Below are positions 53,946 through 63,950 of a stretch of 64,000 nt of DNA, in pieces. Numbering within the stretch: position 1 is the stretch's first letter; the number at the start of each line of letters is the position of its first letter. The stretch comes from a virus. The notes under the pieces were generated by a model that ran no database searches, was not told the DNA's origin, and saw nothing but the letters and a program-made list of their open reading frames with translations. The position numbers and the translations under genes were made by a program. The DNA is taken from positions 1 to 64,000 of the IMG/VR virus record IMGVR_UViG_3300017593_000402, one strand, 5' to 3'.

Positions 53946-55134
53946 AAGTGACACTGGGCCCGTAAAACCTCTGCTGATCAACGGGGAAACACAATGGTAT
54001 CCACTCAGCTAAATGAGATTTTAGATGGATTAATTTTCAGTGATGGGCATATTGCTTATTGTAAGGCTGGTGACTATAGGTTCGAGTTGGGGACGACCAA
54101 GCGTTTGTACGCAGAGCAAGTTTGTAACCTTCTTCGTCCTGTTATTTCCTGTTCTATTAGAGAACAAGTACGTATTGGATTTGGGAAGAAATTTATCTCT
54201 TACAGAGTTGTTGGATATAAAGCTCCTGTTATGAAGAATCTTCACTATCGTTGGTATGATGATAAAAAGAAAAAGCTTCCCAAAGATTTTAGATGGACGC
54301 CTACTACTTTGAACGTTGCTTATTGTGGTGATGGTACTGTTATTGAGAATAGCCCGACTATGTGCTTAAATAGTTGGGCGGTTCCCGAGGTGAAAGAGAT
54401 AGTTAGGTGCTTTGAAGAGTTGGGCTTGTATGGGACGGTTGTCCAAACCCCAACAGGACCGATTTTTAGGTTACATCAAGATTGTGCCCTAGATTTCTTC
54501 GAGTACATAGGAGACCCACTAATTCCGTTTCACTCTTATAAGTGGATTACCGTTGTCAACCCCCAGCAAGCAGTTCGCGCGACTCTGTGGGACGATGACC
54601 TAGCTCAAAAGGTTGCGAGGTGTATTAAGAAGATTATGATTTTACGCGTTTGGGGAGGTTCGAAGGAACGGCGGTACTTGTCGTACTTTCCTGAGTTAGT
54701 CGTAATGGTTAATGATAAAGACGTTAAAGATGCCCTTCAGAGAATCAGAACTTCAAGGAAGAAAGGTGAGGTTGTAGTTAGAGGTCGACAAGCGAAACGT
54801 GTTTTAGAAAGGGTCCATTTGTTTCTTCCGGACGATAAACGAATGTTAGCTACAATTGCGTTAGCTTTGCCTCTTGGGCGGAGGAAGAAAGATTTGAAGG
54901 AAGTTCTATATCAGTTTTTCTGGACGAAATTTAATGAATTAAATCCGCCCGAGAGAAGACGGGGACCCAAAAGAGAGTTGAATAGCGAACTGCGGCTGCA
55001 GAGACTGAGCGTAGAGGACACTAACCTCTTTCAGGATCTGGTTAGTGTATACGACAGTCCGACCCCTACGGTGACGTAGGGAAGTAGTTGTACTACTTGC
55101 CCGAAAGGGTCAAGAAAAATAACAGGTTAAAGCG
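53946..55134 (+). mobile_element. Group I self-splicing intron (1189 nt)
   Basis: P1 with U53945-G53956 wobble; P3, P5, P6a, P7, P8 and P9 (GTGA tetraloop) pairings; terminal G55134; P10 with exon 2. Confidence 0.88.
53994..55079 (+). CDS. Intron-encoded LAGLIDADG homing endonuclease/maturase
   Basis: ILDGLIFSDGHI and VAYCGDGT motifs; lies entirely within the intron. Confidence 0.8.
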   Translation: MVSTQLNEILDGLIFSDGHIAYCKAGDYRFELGTTKRLYAEQVCNLLRPVISCSIREQVRIGFGKKFISYRVVGYKAPVMKNLHYRWYDDKKKKLPKDFRWTPTTLNVAYCGDGTVIENSPTMCLNSWAVPEVKEIVRCFEELGLYGTVVQTPTGPIFRLHQDCALDFFEYIGDPLIPFHSYKWITVVNPQQAVRATLWDDDLAQKVARCIKKIMILRVWGGSKERRYLSYFPELVVMVNDKDVKDALQRIRTSRKKGEVVVRGRQAKRVLERVHLFLPDDKRMLATIALALPLGRRKKDLKEVLYQFFWTKFNELNPPERRRGPKRELNSELRLQRLSVEDTNLFQDLVSVYDSPTPTVT

Positions 55135-55638
55135 GGTGTGCTTTATATTGGAAGCGCCGGCCAAACACCTACTATTGATATAGGCGCTGTTAAGACTGGA
55201 GCAACTCTAACATTTACTCGAGATAAACTCGAGGTTAAACAGGGTTCTCCCGAGAAGTTGATCAAACAGTGGGTTGTTACTGAGACAGTTAAACTAGATG
55301 TTGTTGGTCATGAATGGAATCTTGAGAATTTGAGGTATGCTATTGGTTGTGGTATCATTCAAACTTCGGGAAATGAGAAGACGATGGATTTCGGCGGAGA
55401 TATGGAAGTTACTGAAGCGTCGCTGAAGTTCGTTCACCAGATGCCTGCTGGAGGAACTGTGGAAATTGATATTTGGAGAGCTCAGTCCGCAGGAGAACTC
55501 TCGATCGAGTTTGGGAACGATCCACACGAATTCCCTTACTCGTTCGTTGCTCTGGATGCCGATACTGCTTGGGATGGCACTACCTTGGATGAGAGGGGAA
55601 GGTTGTGCCGAATTAGGTTAATCGGTGACTTCTCCTAA
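55135..55638 (+). CDS. Major tail tube protein, exon 2 (spliced product 182 aa)
   Basis: GVLYIGSAGQTPTIDIGAVKTGA...; precedes chaperones and tape measure; no RBS before GTG 55138. Confidence 0.8.
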   Translation, partial: GVLYIGSAGQTPTIDIGAVKTGATLTFTRDKLEVKQGSPEKLIKQWVVTETVKLDVVGHEWNLENLRYAIGCGIIQTSGNEKTMDFGGDMEVTEASLKFVHQMPAGGTVEIDIWRAQSAGELSIEFGNDPHEFPYSFVALDADTAWDGTTLDERGRLCRIRLIGDFS

Positions 55639-55691
55639 TTTTAGGTTAACTTAGTTAGTACAATTTAGACGCCCCAGGAGGTGCATTTATT

Positions 55692-56090
55692 ATGAAAGCT
55701 TTTGAAGAGTACATTGAAGGAGCTCGTGAAGTTACCTTAAGCAATGGGAACACGGTTGAGATTCCTCCGCTTACTTGGGGGAAGGAACTTAGGCTCTACA
55801 ACATTCTAACTAAGGTCTTTTCTAAGCTTTCCGTTAGTACTGATGCAGAAGGCAATCCTCAGTTCGATGAGTCCCAAGTCTACGCGTTCATGACCGCCTT
55901 TGCTAATGACGTGTCTGAGATTGCATCGATTATTTTCAACAAAGACAAGAAGTGGGTTGAAAATAATCTGACCTCAAAGGATATGGTAGAGTTTATCGTC
56001 CCTTTGTCGCTTCACATTTTCGGAAAGCTAAATCTCGGACTAACCAACGCGGTAACGAAGTTGGCAGAAGAGGCGGGGGAGACCCCATAG
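55692..56090 (+). CDS. Tail assembly chaperone (G-like)
   Basis: Between tail tube and tape measure; AGGAGGTG RBS; slippery site near its end. Confidence 0.75.
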   Translation: MKAFEEYIEGAREVTLSNGNTVEIPPLTWGKELRLYNILTKVFSKLSVSTDAEGNPQFDESQVYAFMTAFANDVSEIASIIFNKDKKWVENNLTSKDMVEFIVPLSLHIFGKLNLGLTNAVTKLAEEAGETP

Positions 56091-56353
56091 AGAAGACCAT
56101 AGCGCAGGTAGTCGACTTCTTGTGCTCTCAGTATGGATGGACTCCTGACCAGGTTTTCGCCTTGACAAGGCCCACGATTGAGGGTTTACTAGAAGAAGCG
56201 AGAGAACGACTCCACGCTCAGTATCGTTTCTATGCTTCTCTAGTAGGCGCAGAACTTCGTGATGATTACGTTCGGCCAGATAGTGATGATCCACGTACCT
56301 TGTTGAAGAAAGTGCGAGATATTGGAGTCGATTTTGAGGTGGTTGGTGGGTAA
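56075..56353 (+). CDS. Tail assembly chaperone -1 frameshift extension (GT-like)
   Basis: G GGG GAG at 56075-56081; -1 frame is open (GDPIEKTIAQVVDFLCSQYGWTPDQVFALT...). Confidence 0.7.
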   Translation, partial: GGDPIEKTIAQVVDFLCSQYGWTPDQVFALTRPTIEGLLEEARERLHAQYRFYASLVGAELRDDYVRPDSDDPRTLLKKVRDIGVDFEVVGG

Positions 56354-56358
56354 AGAAT

Positions 56359-59300
56359 ATGGCCGAAGAGTATATAGTAGAAATAGGTGTTGAGAATAAG
56401 GAGGAGTTAGAAAAACTCCGTACCCAAGTCGCGAAAACCGCTGAGTCTGTCCAAACCCTTTCTGAAACTGTACGTAAGCTCGCTGAAAGTCAACGACAAT
56501 TAGTTGAGTCGATTCGTAATACCGCCCGGAGTACCCAAGCTTCTGTTAAGTCCACCCAAAGTGCTTCGAAGGCCACTTCACAGTACGCCTCCTCTGTTCT
56601 CACGTTAAGGACTGCGTTTATTGCTATTGCCTCTGCAGCTGGGTTGGTAACTGCAGCGATTAACTCTAAAAAGATCTCGATGAGCTTAGCGAATAAGTTG
56701 TACGTACTTTATACGCGCTCAGCCCAAAGCGCTGCTCGAGCAGTCACCTCATTTGCAGTACAGCATCGCTTCCTTGGTACCGTTTTGACGCAAACCGTTC
56801 ATATACTTTCCACTACAACTTCTGCTTGGATTACTTGGGCAAAAGGATCAATCCCTGCTACTGCCGCAATGAAACAGTCTTTAAATTCTGTGCGAGATGC
56901 GCTCAGAGTGTTGTTCACCGAGTTTCGCAGGGGACCTTTTACTTGGATAGCTTCTCAGTTTACGCACGTTGCAGAAGTTGGTAAGTCTGCGTTCGTTTCT
57001 ATTGCTGTTTATGCTGTAAGGGCAGCTACTAGGTTAGTTGAGTTCTTGACTCCTGCTGTTGCTACGGTAACGCGCTTGTTTTTGAAGTTGAGCGATTCTC
57101 TTACTCCAGTAAGGGAAGCTCTTTCTCGTCTGTTTGTTAGACTGAGAATTCCAGACGCCTTTACTAAGCTAACCGAAGTTTTTACCAGGCTTAAAGTGAT
57201 AATCGTTGATGTCGCGGATGTTATCTCTACTAAGTTTGTGTCTGGACTTCGTGTCGTAGCCGACCTCTGGAAAGGCTTACTCCGACTTGCTTATTCCCTA
57301 CGTGATCGTGTAGCCCAGATCGGGAGTGTGGTGAAGTCTAAGTTAGCCGGCAAGATAGGACTGACCGCTAGTTTTGCGTTTTTAGGTACTGTATTGGATA
57401 AGGTGCGAGACAAGATCTTGCAGCTCGGGGCTCGTATTAACGAATCCCTAGGTGGTGAGGCCGTTTCTATAGGCGCGAAGTTATCTAAACCTTTTGTGGC
57501 GATGATGGGGAGTTTGACCATTCTTTCCGGGAAACTGTTGCGTTTCTTTCCCTTGACTAAGAAGTTAGGCTCTACACTAACTACGTTGGGGTACTCCCTC
57601 GCTTCTGTGTCCTCGTTTTCGCGGTCGTGGTCTATGGTAATGTCCCATTTGGATAAGACATTACCTGGAGTCAACGACCGATTACGCAGAGTTACTCGCG
57701 GTTTCTCAGAGTTGACCGGTAAGATTAACATACAAACGGCCGCGCTTCCTAGATTGATCAAGGCACTTGGGGAAGTCACCTTTCACTACCTTATGATATT
57801 CAAGTTTAATGTTAGTCTAGCTCACGGATTCGAGCTCTTGGGTGAGAAGCTCTCTTACTTTGGTGAAGCCATGCTCGAGCACTTCTCCGAATCGTATAGA
57901 GTCAGTTCTGAGATGATTCGCACGCAGGTTGATTTGAACCGAGCGGTTCGGAGGTATGCTGAGTTGACCGGCGATGCTTCTATGAGTGCAAAAGATTGGC
58001 TCCAGTGGTCCGACAGACTTGCTCTTTCTGCAGGTAAAAACGTTTCAGAGATGCGCCGGGTTACCGGTGCTCTGTTGGATTTTGCGGCTTTGTATAAGTT
58101 GAACCAAAAGGAGACGAAGCGATTCATTTCTTTGATGACAGACGTTTCGAGTTTCTTGGGCAAAGATGTGTTCGAGACCTTGCAACATGTCCACGGTGCG
58201 TTGGCTGGGTTAACTAATTCAGCCATGATTTTGGGCATTAACATAGACCACCTCAGAGAGAAGACTAAGTTTTACGAAGAACAACTCCGGAAAGAAGGCA
58301 CCGAAACTGGAAAGTCCGTCAAACAAAAAGCGAGGATGCTCGCTCTTATACAGGAGTTGAGTTACTTACAGGGTGTTAACAATAGGTTGATGGAAACAGG
58401 GTATGGTATTCTGAGACGTTATCGCGTTTCTCAAGAACTTCTCGCGGCCCAAACTGGAAATTATGTAACTCCTATTTTGAATGCTTATTACAAAATTTTG
58501 ACCCGAATTAACGAGGTCATGGCTCAGCCCGGGATTGGAGGTTTTATCACTACGATGAAGGCCGCTGGTGCCGCCTCACTTGATTTGCTAGGACGTTTTG
58601 TAAAACTCGGAGCGCAGTTGTTTGTATTGATTGAGACTGTACATTTAGTTGAAAAGGCGTTAACAGCACTAAACGCAGCCTTTGACGTCTTTGGGATGAC
58701 TCAGAGAACAGCTCTTGCTCCTCTATTCGTGATGAGAGATGGTATGGTCAAAACTAGTTTTACTGCCTCGTCACTAAGCAAAGTTCTCAAGAGGTTAAGC
58801 GTTTACATTGGTACTACCTTTGTAAACTTCTTCAAAAACGGTGCCAAGGCTGTTAAAGGCCTTGTTGTAGAGTTAAGAACTGCGATCTCCACATTAATGG
58901 CGACTAAAGTTCCCAAGGCCATTTTTGGCCCAGCTCTAGCATCTGCTATGGTTCCAGAAAGGGGTGTGATTAGGAAAGCTCTGGCTGCTAGTAAGTTGAT
59001 GCAAGCGACTTTTATGGCCGAAGGGTTGGTGCTGGCGAAGAAGGTAACTCCTATGGTACAGAAGCACGCTAAACAGGTTCGAGATTTGTACTTAATTACT
59101 CATGACGTCGCCGGAGCTCAACGGGAGTGGGCTAATACCATAATTACGTTTACTGGGGCGGCCGGGGGTTTGTCTAAAGTATGGTACACTTTCTTAGGTG
59201 TCGTTACAAAAGTTAAAGGTGCCGTGTTAAAACTCATTAACATATTCAAAGGCTTTGCCAAGATTTTTGGGATTATTTTGATCGTCATTCCCGCGGTGTA

Positions 59301-62300
59301 TAAAGCCTTCAAAGAAGCGCTTATCCCGGCTTTTAAGGAAACTTTTGGGGAGTCCGAAACTTTTCGGGCCGCGGTTTCTGCACTAGGGAAAGTTTTGGGT
59401 TGGTTAGGAAAAATCATTGTACAGATTGTTACTGGCCCCGTTAAGCTGTTTGCGACGGGAATCGCTGGGACTGCAGGTGTTATTTCGTATGCACTGGGAT
59501 TGATTATTAAGTACAGGGGCGTTCTTCTCCGCTTAACAGGACCTTTCTATTTACTCGGGAAGTCCGTCTTTAATGTGGGGAAGTGGTTCGGTATTTGGGG
59601 TAAGTCTGTTGACTCCTTGAACAAGAAACTTGACAGTGCTGGCGAGACTTTGATCAAGTTTGGAGAACGGTCTGCAGATAATGCTCGAGCTATAATTGGG
59701 CTGAACAAGGTACTACAGACTAACATCGATCGTACTGCGCGGTTGCGAAAGGAACTTGCTGAAGGAATGAAGAGACGACAAGAGGAACTGGGACTGAACC
59801 TTTCGTCTGCTAAGTCGTTGGAGCGAGTTGTTAACGCTATTCAGGAGTATCGAGATGCCTACCAAGAGTTCCTCGAAGTTCAAGATGAGATTGAGAAAGG
59901 TAGGACGACTGAGGGTAAGCAGTTAGAAGATGCAGAGGCTTTACATAGGAGAAGTACCGAAGCGGTTCAGGAGCTTTCGAAGGCGCGTTCCGCTCTTGCA
60001 GAGAATTTGAAGAAGCAGTTTGAAATTACAGGAGCCCAGATTAAGGAAACTAAAACGTTGGTAAGTTTGTACTCAAAGTACACTAAAGCTATTGGCGACG
60101 TTTCGACTGGACAAGTAGTTACTCTCAAAACTGGGCAAGCTATTTCACGGATTTGGCAAGGCTTAAATCAGATTACACAGGGAAACTTAAGTGGGATTAA
60201 GACAACCGCAGAAGCGTACAACTCGTTAGCAGGTATACTTCGTGATATGGCCTCTAAAGCTAGCCCTTCACTACGGGCCGCGTTGGTAGCAGAAGCTAAG
60301 TCTTATGAGAAGCAAGCTGGTATACTAACTAAGGTAATGGAGAGGACCAAAGGGAAGGTCAAAATTGATGAAAAATTAATCGAGACTTCCTTCAAAGTCT
60401 CCGCTGCCCAACGTGCTGTGAATGACGAATTACAAAGGCACCAAGCAATTTTGACTTACTTACATAAATCGATTTCCGATACAACTGAGGGACTGGGTCA
60501 GTTCGCGAATGTGTATTCTAAAGATGTAACAGTCTCGGCCGAAACTGCCGCCCGTGTACAGCTCGCTTTAGCGAAGATCTCCGAAGTAGGTGCTCGTCGC
60601 TACGAAGAAGCTATCAATGGTAATATAGACTCTCTTAAAGTGTACCGGAACTATCTTGAAACAATTCAGAAGTCCCAGAACGACGAATTTGCCACTCTTG
60701 TTAAGGACGCAAAGGGGAGACAGCTCCTGAATGCTTACTTGGAAGCACAGATTCGAACCGTTGATAACTTGATAAAGTCTTATGAGAGTGAGTCTCAAGT
60801 TCATGTAACTTTATCGGCTCGTATAAAAGCACGACTCGCTACTTTGAAGGCGCAGAATAAGGTAACAACGGAAACTCTGAAGCTTCGGAAACTTCTACTT
60901 GACCTTTGGAAGTCTGAGTTTAACCTCCATTCTCGGTTAAACGCCCTTACGTTACAGGGGTTGACTACAAGAGAAAAGAGAGCCCAAGCAGAACAGTATC
61001 TTAGCGAGGCTTTACAACAAAGTATCGAGCAGTATAGCAGAGCAGGACTTTCTCTCAAAGCCTTTGATGATTACGAGAAAGGGGCTATTTCAACTACTAC
61101 AGCCGTTAGACAGGCTCTGGTGCAATTACAAGGTCGTACCGACTTGTTAAGTAGGGCTATTAAGGAAACCCTCTTAGAAGCTCTGTCTCGTGCTACATCT
61201 CAACAGCGTGAGTATGCGGCTATGACGATCCAAAGTGCGAGGCGGATTAAAGAACTCGAGAAAGTAATTCACCCTGTTTATACTACTTTTGGGAATTACT
61301 CGAATCTGATCGCTGATTTGGTTAATCGTTCTCGTGACCTAGCAAAGCAGACAGGGATTTCGGCCCTCGCCTTTGATTCCTCTACGGTTACTGTGAGTGA
61401 ACTGGCTTCTTATCTCGCCCTTTTAAGCGCACATCAAGTTGATTACAACAATGTTTCAAAAGAGACCGCTCAAGAAGTTACCTCTCTAGTTGAGAAGTTA
61501 CTCGAGCTGACCAGAGTTGATGTCCCCCAATGGGGGTCAAGCTTAGCTAATGTATTTGAGAGCTTACAAGGGAAGACTAAGGATTTCATTTCAGCGAATG
61601 ATTACCTCAAACCCGCTCTCCTGAACGCTATCTTTGGATTTAGGGGGTTGGTTGACAGAGTCCGTGAGCTTGATGCTAACCTCGCTCCTGTTATACAAAG
61701 CGTGTTAGACAGCGCTTCGGCGATGTATGAAGCTAAGAGTTCTTCTTCGGCTTATAGTGAGGGGTTGAGTAAAATCACGAGTTTGGAAGAGCAAGTACGT
61801 ACCGCCCTTAGTAGCGTACTCCCTCATTTAAACGCGCAAGTTCAGGCTTTAGCTAAAGGGAAAGTGCAAACTGCTGACATGATCGCGAAGACTCAAGATT
61901 ATGCTAGGATCGTTTCAATACTGGTTTCCCAGTTAAACACATTGACTGATGCTGAGGAACGTTTGCGAGAAAGCCGCCGTAAGAATTTGGAGTTGAGTTC
62001 CTCTTTGGTATTTTCCACTCAGCAACTTCATGAGAATGTGTCCGAGCTCGCTAACATTGCTGTACAAGATCTGATTCAACAGTACCGACGAGCGGGTGTG
62101 GTACTGAGTGAATCGCAGAAACAAGCACTGGAGGACATAACAAGGACTATTACAGGTTACACAGAGTTAACTGAGTTGGCTCGTAGACGAGTTGATACTT
62201 TTACGAAGTTCGTGGACGCTAAGCTGGCCGAACAAACACGCGCTTGGTCGCGCAATAAGGATGAAGTTGAAGCTTTTGCTAATGGCTTGAGGACTATTGG

Positions 62301-62976
62301 CGAGAGTGCAATGCAAGGAATCTTGAAGAACTATGCTGAGATTGGGGCGAAGATCGAGGAAATGGGCGGGTTCTTTGGCGCCCTCGGACAAATGACTCAA
62401 GAGGCTGTTGCGAGGACCGCTGCGAGCGCGTTTGATGAGTTGAACAGGGCAATAATTGATTCTATAGTATACGGAAAGCGATTTCAGATGAACTGGCAGG
62501 AAATTTTGAGAAGCTTTACGGCAGGTCTTGCTCAGGCAATGCTACAGTTGTTAGAATTTAAACTAGCTATGATGGCGCTGCAGGCGATGGGAATTCGAGT
62601 TCCTATGATGAGACGTGGGGGTTTGGTTCCTTTAAGGAGGCAGGCCGGCGGCCCGGTACCTGGGCAAGGACGTGGAGATAGCGTCCCCGCTTTACTAGAA
62701 CCAGGAGAATATGTTGTTCCAAGGCCTGTGGTAGAAAAAATAGGAGTTTCGTTCTTTGACGCGCTACGTAAAGGTGTTGTACCTCCGACGATAACACCTT
62801 TTCATTACCAAGCGGGAGGCTTGGTTACGCCGATGCAACAACAAACGCAGGAACCGAAGGTAACGGTTGTGACTATTTTCGATGAGAAGGAGCTTAATAA
62901 GTATTATAGCTCTCCCACTTATGGCAGGGTTGTTGCGAACAATGTAGGTGAGAGAATCGCGAGGAGGACTAGCTAA
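56359..62976 (+). CDS. Tape measure protein
   Basis: 2205 aa, helical and Ala/Leu-rich; C-terminal GGPVPGQGRGDSVPALLEPGEYVV. Confidence 0.92.
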   Translation: MAEEYIVEIGVENKEELEKLRTQVAKTAESVQTLSETVRKLAESQRQLVESIRNTARSTQASVKSTQSASKATSQYASSVLTLRTAFIAIASAAGLVTAAINSKKISMSLANKLYVLYTRSAQSAARAVTSFAVQHRFLGTVLTQTVHILSTTTSAWITWAKGSIPATAAMKQSLNSVRDALRVLFTEFRRGPFTWIASQFTHVAEVGKSAFVSIAVYAVRAATRLVEFLTPAVATVTRLFLKLSDSLTPVREALSRLFVRLRIPDAFTKLTEVFTRLKVIIVDVADVISTKFVSGLRVVADLWKGLLRLAYSLRDRVAQIGSVVKSKLAGKIGLTASFAFLGTVLDKVRDKILQLGARINESLGGEAVSIGAKLSKPFVAMMGSLTILSGKLLRFFPLTKKLGSTLTTLGYSLASVSSFSRSWSMVMSHLDKTLPGVNDRLRRVTRGFSELTGKINIQTAALPRLIKALGEVTFHYLMIFKFNVSLAHGFELLGEKLSYFGEAMLEHFSESYRVSSEMIRTQVDLNRAVRRYAELTGDASMSAKDWLQWSDRLALSAGKNVSEMRRVTGALLDFAALYKLNQKETKRFISLMTDVSSFLGKDVFETLQHVHGALAGLTNSAMILGINIDHLREKTKFYEEQLRKEGTETGKSVKQKARMLALIQELSYLQGVNNRLMETGYGILRRYRVSQELLAAQTGNYVTPILNAYYKILTRINEVMAQPGIGGFITTMKAAGAASLDLLGRFVKLGAQLFVLIETVHLVEKALTALNAAFDVFGMTQRTALAPLFVMRDGMVKTSFTASSLSKVLKRLSVYIGTTFVNFFKNGAKAVKGLVVELRTAISTLMATKVPKAIFGPALASAMVPERGVIRKALAASKLMQATFMAEGLVLAKKVTPMVQKHAKQVRDLYLITHDVAGAQREWANTIITFTGAAGGLSKVWYTFLGVVTKVKGAVLKLINIFKGFAKIFGIILIVIPAVYKAFKEALIPAFKETFGESETFRAAVSALGKVLGWLGKIIVQIVTGPVKLFATGIAGTAGVISYALGLIIKYRGVLLRLTGPFYLLGKSVFNVGKWFGIWGKSVDSLNKKLDSAGETLIKFGERSADNARAIIGLNKVLQTNIDRTARLRKELAEGMKRRQEELGLNLSSAKSLERVVNAIQEYRDAYQEFLEVQDEIEKGRTTEGKQLEDAEALHRRSTEAVQELSKARSALAENLKKQFEITGAQIKETKTLVSLYSKYTKAIGDVSTGQVVTLKTGQAISRIWQGLNQITQGNLSGIKTTAEAYNSLAGILRDMASKASPSLRAALVAEAKSYEKQAGILTKVMERTKGKVKIDEKLIETSFKVSAAQRAVNDELQRHQAILTYLHKSISDTTEGLGQFANVYSKDVTVSAETAARVQLALAKISEVGARRYEEAINGNIDSLKVYRNYLETIQKSQNDEFATLVKDAKGRQLLNAYLEAQIRTVDNLIKSYESESQVHVTLSARIKARLATLKAQNKVTTETLKLRKLLLDLWKSEFNLHSRLNALTLQGLTTREKRAQAEQYLSEALQQSIEQYSRAGLSLKAFDDYEKGAISTTTAVRQALVQLQGRTDLLSRAIKETLLEALSRATSQQREYAAMTIQSARRIKELEKVIHPVYTTFGNYSNLIADLVNRSRDLAKQTGISALAFDSSTVTVSELASYLALLSAHQVDYNNVSKETAQEVTSLVEKLLELTRVDVPQWGSSLANVFESLQGKTKDFISANDYLKPALLNAIFGFRGLVDRVRELDANLAPVIQSVLDSASAMYEAKSSSSAYSEGLSKITSLEEQVRTALSSVLPHLNAQVQALAKGKVQTADMIAKTQDYARIVSILVSQLNTLTDAEERLRESRRKNLELSSSLVFSTQQLHENVSELANIAVQDLIQQYRRAGVVLSESQKQALEDITRTITGYTELTELARRRVDTFTKFVDAKLAEQTRAWSRNKDEVEAFANGLRTIGESAMQGILKNYAEIGAKIEEMGGFFGALGQMTQEAVARTAASAFDELNRAIIDSIVYGKRFQMNWQEILRSFTAGLAQAMLQLLEFKLAMMALQAMGIRVPMMRRGGLVPLRRQAGGPVPGQGRGDSVPALLEPGEYVVPRPVVEKIGVSFFDALRKGVVPPTITPFHYQAGGLVTPMQQQTQEPKVTVVTIFDEKELNKYYSSPTYGRVVANNVGERIARRTS

Positions 62977-63950
62977 TGGCTTTTAGAAAAACGTCTGGAA
63001 CTGTATCTTCGCTGTCGGATTTATTTGCTCGAATTAGGACTTTCTTTGTTGGCTCTCTCGGATGGACACAAGTTCACTCAGGAACTCAAATGGGGAGTGC
63101 TTACTACTTTTATCATAGTACAGGAGAGGCTGGAAATAAAGACATTTACATTGGTGTTAGATCTTTCCGGCGCAGTAGCACTTTGTGCGGCTTTCAGTTT
63201 ACAGCTTGTACAGATATAAACACGTCGGAGGATTTCGATAGTCAGCCGGGGGGTTTTGGAACTCCAGACTGTTGTTGCTGCCAGTTTGTAAGGTATCCTA
63301 TCTTAAGCGCTGTTGATGATGGGACGTCGATGGCGTATTGGTTTATTGGGGATAAGGATTTTGCATTTCTTTTGTTTAGAATTGGTTCTAAATATTTATC
63401 AGCTTACGTGGGGTTGATTAATTCGTACTGGAGTGATTACCCTTTACCATTAGTAGTTCTTGGTTCTTTAACCTTCGACCCCTATCTTAGATTTGGCTGT
63501 ACTAGCGTTTGTTGGCGTGATCGTCAGCTTGCAATCCCGTATCGCCGGAATCTGGGGAGTGGTGAAGGTTATGACGCCTTTTTCGGTTGCTGTGGTTCCT
63601 GGCTTCGAAATTGCGGAAATACTGAGTGGTTTCGCCGCTTTGTAACTAATTGTGTAGATAGTTATAATAACTGTGAATTTCTAAGCCATACTAATTCTTG
63701 TTGGTGGTTGGTTACTTACTTCTATTGCCAATCGTATTCGACCCGGTCTCAAGGGCACGTTTTATTTCCTATTTATGTCGGGAGCCCAGAGATTGACCTA
63801 CTCGGTGAGTTGAAATATGTTTACTATTCATACTTTTATGGTAATGTACCGTCTGAGTCTACTATTTACGTTGGGGGCGACCCTTACTTGGTTTTTGTAA
63901 GTACTTATGGAGAAGACTCCGTTTCAATAGCAATAAGGGATTACGAATAA
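62976..63950 (+). CDS. Cys-rich tail protein
   Basis: Coupled to the tape measure stop (TAATG); CCCC tract. Confidence 0.6.
   Translation: MAFRKTSGTVSSLSDLFARIRTFFVGSLGWTQVHSGTQMGSAYYFYHSTGEAGNKDIYIGVRSFRRSSTLCGFQFTACTDINTSEDFDSQPGGFGTPDCCCCQFVRYPILSAVDDGTSMAYWFIGDKDFAFLLFRIGSKYLSAYVGLINSYWSDYPLPLVVLGSLTFDPYLRFGCTSVCWRDRQLAIPYRRNLGSGEGYDAFFGCCGSWLRNCGNTEWFRRFVTNCVDSYNNCEFLSHTNSCWWLVTYFYCQSYSTRSQGHVLFPIYVGSPEIDLLGELKYVYYSYFYGNVPSESTIYVGGDPYLVFVSTYGEDSVSIAIRDYE

Noticed and set aside
55138-55638. Tail tube as an independent gene starting at GTG 55138
   Set aside because: No RBS, and it sits 4 nt after the predicted intron terminal G; better explained as exon 2
57291-62797. Minus-strand ORFs within the tape measure gene and other long genes
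   Set aside because: Antisense shadows without RBS or recognisable motifs
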